64,000 nt of DNA from Octopus bimaculoides. Its lineage: Eukaryota. Every line of letters begins with the position of its first letter. The stretch's first letter is position 1. Location: positions 40,564,646 to 40,628,645 of the forward strand of contig NC_068985.1 in the NCBI RefSeq assembly GCF_001194135.2, read 5' to 3'. Positions 60,963 to 64,000 of the stretch are shown piece by piece. Made by a program: the position numbers and the translations under genes. The notes under the pieces were generated by a model, which had not been told where the DNA came from, made no database searches, and saw nothing but the letters and a program-made list of their open reading frames with translations.

Positions 60963-63900
60963 AGGTTTAGAACTATTCTACCTCATGGTTCTGAATCTAC
61001 TTGAACATAATGAGCTAATTCTCAATACCACATCTAATTCATAATTTTACACAACCAGGCAAACAAGTTTCCACTATAGTTAGCAATCATTTTGGTTTCT
61101 ATTTAATATTATGTATTATTGGAAAGTACAATTATTTCAGTTACCTACATTATCAACACACCCCACTCATGGTCGAGAACCCCTGTTCAACAATGAAAAA
61201 ATAAAAACTGCAAATTTTTTTTTTTCCTTTTCGTTAGAGGGTAGGTTCCATTTGATAGTCCCTCCATGACCAACCAAAAAGAAGTTTTAAAGTATTACAA
61301 AAGTTCCACCATACAATCCTCAACATCCTTTACAGAATGTTATTTAGGTATAAATAAAATAATCAGAAAAATAAGCCTGCAAAATAATATTAACTGTAAT
61401 ATATGATTTATTCACTCGCTTATTCCAAACAAAACTAAAATAGCCTGATAACTTTAAACCAAGTTCAACAGCACAAAATGAACTGCATCAGTTAAAAACC
61501 AGAATGTAAAAATAAGATACATGAAAAAATAGTTGAAAGGAAATCTCACGTATGACATAACTTTCCCAAATATCTATTTGAAAGTATATTTATGAAAAAT
61601 GGAATAATCAATGAAATATTAAAATCTCAGTTAATTCCATCTGACTGAGATCCGTTTGACTGATGCAGATTAAGACACTTAAGTATTCAAAAGGCCTGCA
61701 AGTAAAACCTCTAAAGATTAACAGAAAGGGTCACAAAAAAACCCTACATCATTAGGAAGCATGTAGCAGCTGGCTTTACAATCAATTTGGTGAGATTTAG
61801 TAAATATACAAATTCAGGTATACCAACTGCATGCAATTATAAACCTAAGGCAATAGACTGCTAAGATGTCTCTAGCACAATACCAAATAGTGGGTAAAAT
61901 TATAGAACTTATAACTACCTATATGAAAAATATACAGAAGTGAGATTATGTATATCAGTTACACATATTAAAGAACAAAAAACAGAGACATCATACAAAT
62001 TGCCCCAGGCCTATCCGTTGCAAAAGACATGATCTGACATGGAATAAAGAAAAAATGAAATAAAGGCATTCTATTGTGAAAATCGTCCAGCAATGACAAG
62101 CTACTCAGCAAATGTGTGTGTGTTTATAATGTTAAGGATAAATTGTGGGAAAAAAACTAAAGCTCAAAAACTATTCCATGTAGAAAAATATGAACCTACC
62201 CAAATCAGTTCTTGGTTCTATATGAATTTACTGTTTTAGATTCACTTAAAACCTCTTAAAATGTTATAATTTATGTTCTAAGCACCAGTTTAATGACAAA
62301 GTATTCACCAAATTCTTCATTAGTTTCAAAAATTAACTGACACAAAGAGTGTATTTAAATAAAATATAGTAATAAAAGGGTTAATAATCTAACCAGGAAT
62401 AAAGTTATTCTCATAAGTGACCTATCCCAAATGATTGCAACAGTGAACTCGGCTAACAGTACTCAAGAGCAAGTTGGTAATGTAACATTAGACAACAAAT
62501 AAGTCTACCATGCAAGAACTAGATGGTTCCACCAACATGTTTCTGGCAAGTTTCACTCACATATGGTCAAACCCGAAACCGTTGCAATGTTTACCAAAAA
62601 TGTCTGCATCCAGTATATGTAAAGATAATTGGAGAAGCCTCAAAATCCTAGCACACACAAGACATTGCCCAAAACTTTAGCAAACAATCAATAAATTATA
62701 CCAAATTGAGCCCCCAGTTGGCCTTGATCAAGCAGATCTCTTTCCCAAAGCATTCCAGCCATCTCACTCCACTATGATATACTCTAGGTCATTTTCCTAT
62801 GTGCTTTCTTTTTAAAGATGACTCAAGAGATCTGCCTATTTCTAAAAAATTCAGCAACCGCAGCAGCTCCATCATTAGCTCAAATTACATTTAGGATTTT
62901 AATTTTTGCACCAACTGTGTTGAAAGTTAGTTTGTTGATTATGAATCTGGCAAAATATAGTATCTCAGCTACCATGACGGTAAAATAAGATGAGAAAATG
63001 ATTACAACTATTCCCAACAACTACCTATAAGATTGGTTAAGGTGGCAAGAATAGCAGTGAATGTATGCATACCCTTGTCAGCACAAGCATAGTTATGAGG
63101 TTAAGAAACAGCATGTAGATCAAGATGCAATCCCACTGAGCAGTGCCTTGGCCCAAGTCTGCAAGTGAAATTGGATAGGCCAAGAAAGTGCAGATAATTA
63201 ACTGGATGGATTGTACCAATTCTTGTAATTTTTCTGCTGATGCAAGCATTTGGACAAAGTCTACAGGAAAACAGCTCCTGATAAACCACTAATTTTGAGG
63301 GCTCTGCTCTTCATGACCCTAACCCATTTCCAAGAAAGAAAAAAAAATCACAATCTGATCACCAAGATAGCCAGAGCTTGGAAAACATTTTAGAATTGCT
63401 GGAAAATCTAAATATTCCAACAAAAATGACAGGGTTTCAAAATTTTTCTTAGTTGCTTCATCTATTCTCTTTTCCCCACTTTTCAGTCTTACTCAGGACT
63501 TACTAAACAATATTAAAATTTGAGCACTTCTTTGTTTTTGCTCAGCATGTGAAAATTAAACAAAAATTAGGAATTCATTTGAATGCATGTACAATATCTT
63601 TATTTCAATTTACTGCTTTTCAACAATGTATTTTTCTGATGTATATTTCCTTGTAGCAACTTTTGCAATGTTATTACCAATGTATCATCATAATTTTGTC
63701 TTGATTAATGCATTTCATGAAATTGTCAAAACCAAAGAAAAAGATGCTTTGCAGCAAAAGTTCTCAATAGTTTCTTTATAATTTAATAGATTCTATATAT
63801 GAACTACTACCTTTAGTTCTTGATAGTTACAGGTGTTGAATGATTTCCATAAAAATTTGTAACAATTTAAGAGAAAAATAAAACTGGAGTAACATCAATG

Positions 63901-64000
63901 ACAAGCACAACTGAAATTTCATTTATATTCAGTTACTGAAAATGTAACCTCAATACGAAGTTGTACAGTAAATACTTCACCAAATTATTCATTTTAAGGA

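Noticed and set aside
1-64000. CRISPR array, operon or prokaryotic defence system
   Set aside because: Eukaryotic intron-exon DNA; the tandem repeats are microsatellites, SINE clusters or minisatellites with no repeat-spacer structure.

Overview
AT-rich, repeat-dense animal genomic DNA. The SINE and RTE repeat content points to an octopus (coleoid cephalopod); this is inferred, not verified by search. There are five assembly gaps. Two spliced, convergent protein-coding genes were reconstructed by hand from splice sites and frame continuity; most of their exons are absent from the ORF track. (1) RAP1GDS1/SmgGDS on the + strand: 13 exons in the window, 1954-33400, with the 5' exons upstream of the window. 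All introns are phase 1, and there is an additional in-frame 72-nt candidate cassette exon at 29672-29743. (2) An unnamed protein on the - strand with two RRMs, a basic region and a G/Y/N/Q-rich tail: exons 60902 down to 50233, about 359 aa in the window, 5' end unresolved. It has a 30-nt microexon and two alternative C-termini: a stop-containing 76-nt cassette versus a DNKRRRQNRTSW terminal exon. The rest is SINEs, RTE, L2/CR1-like and CRE-like LINE fragments, a hAT relic, piggyBac- and mariner-type MITEs, a Helitron, a Penelope-type hammerhead relic and microsatellites. No prokaryote-type system, CRISPR array or rRNA/tRNA gene was found. The best leads are the alternative-splicing features of the two genes and the intronic inverted repeats.
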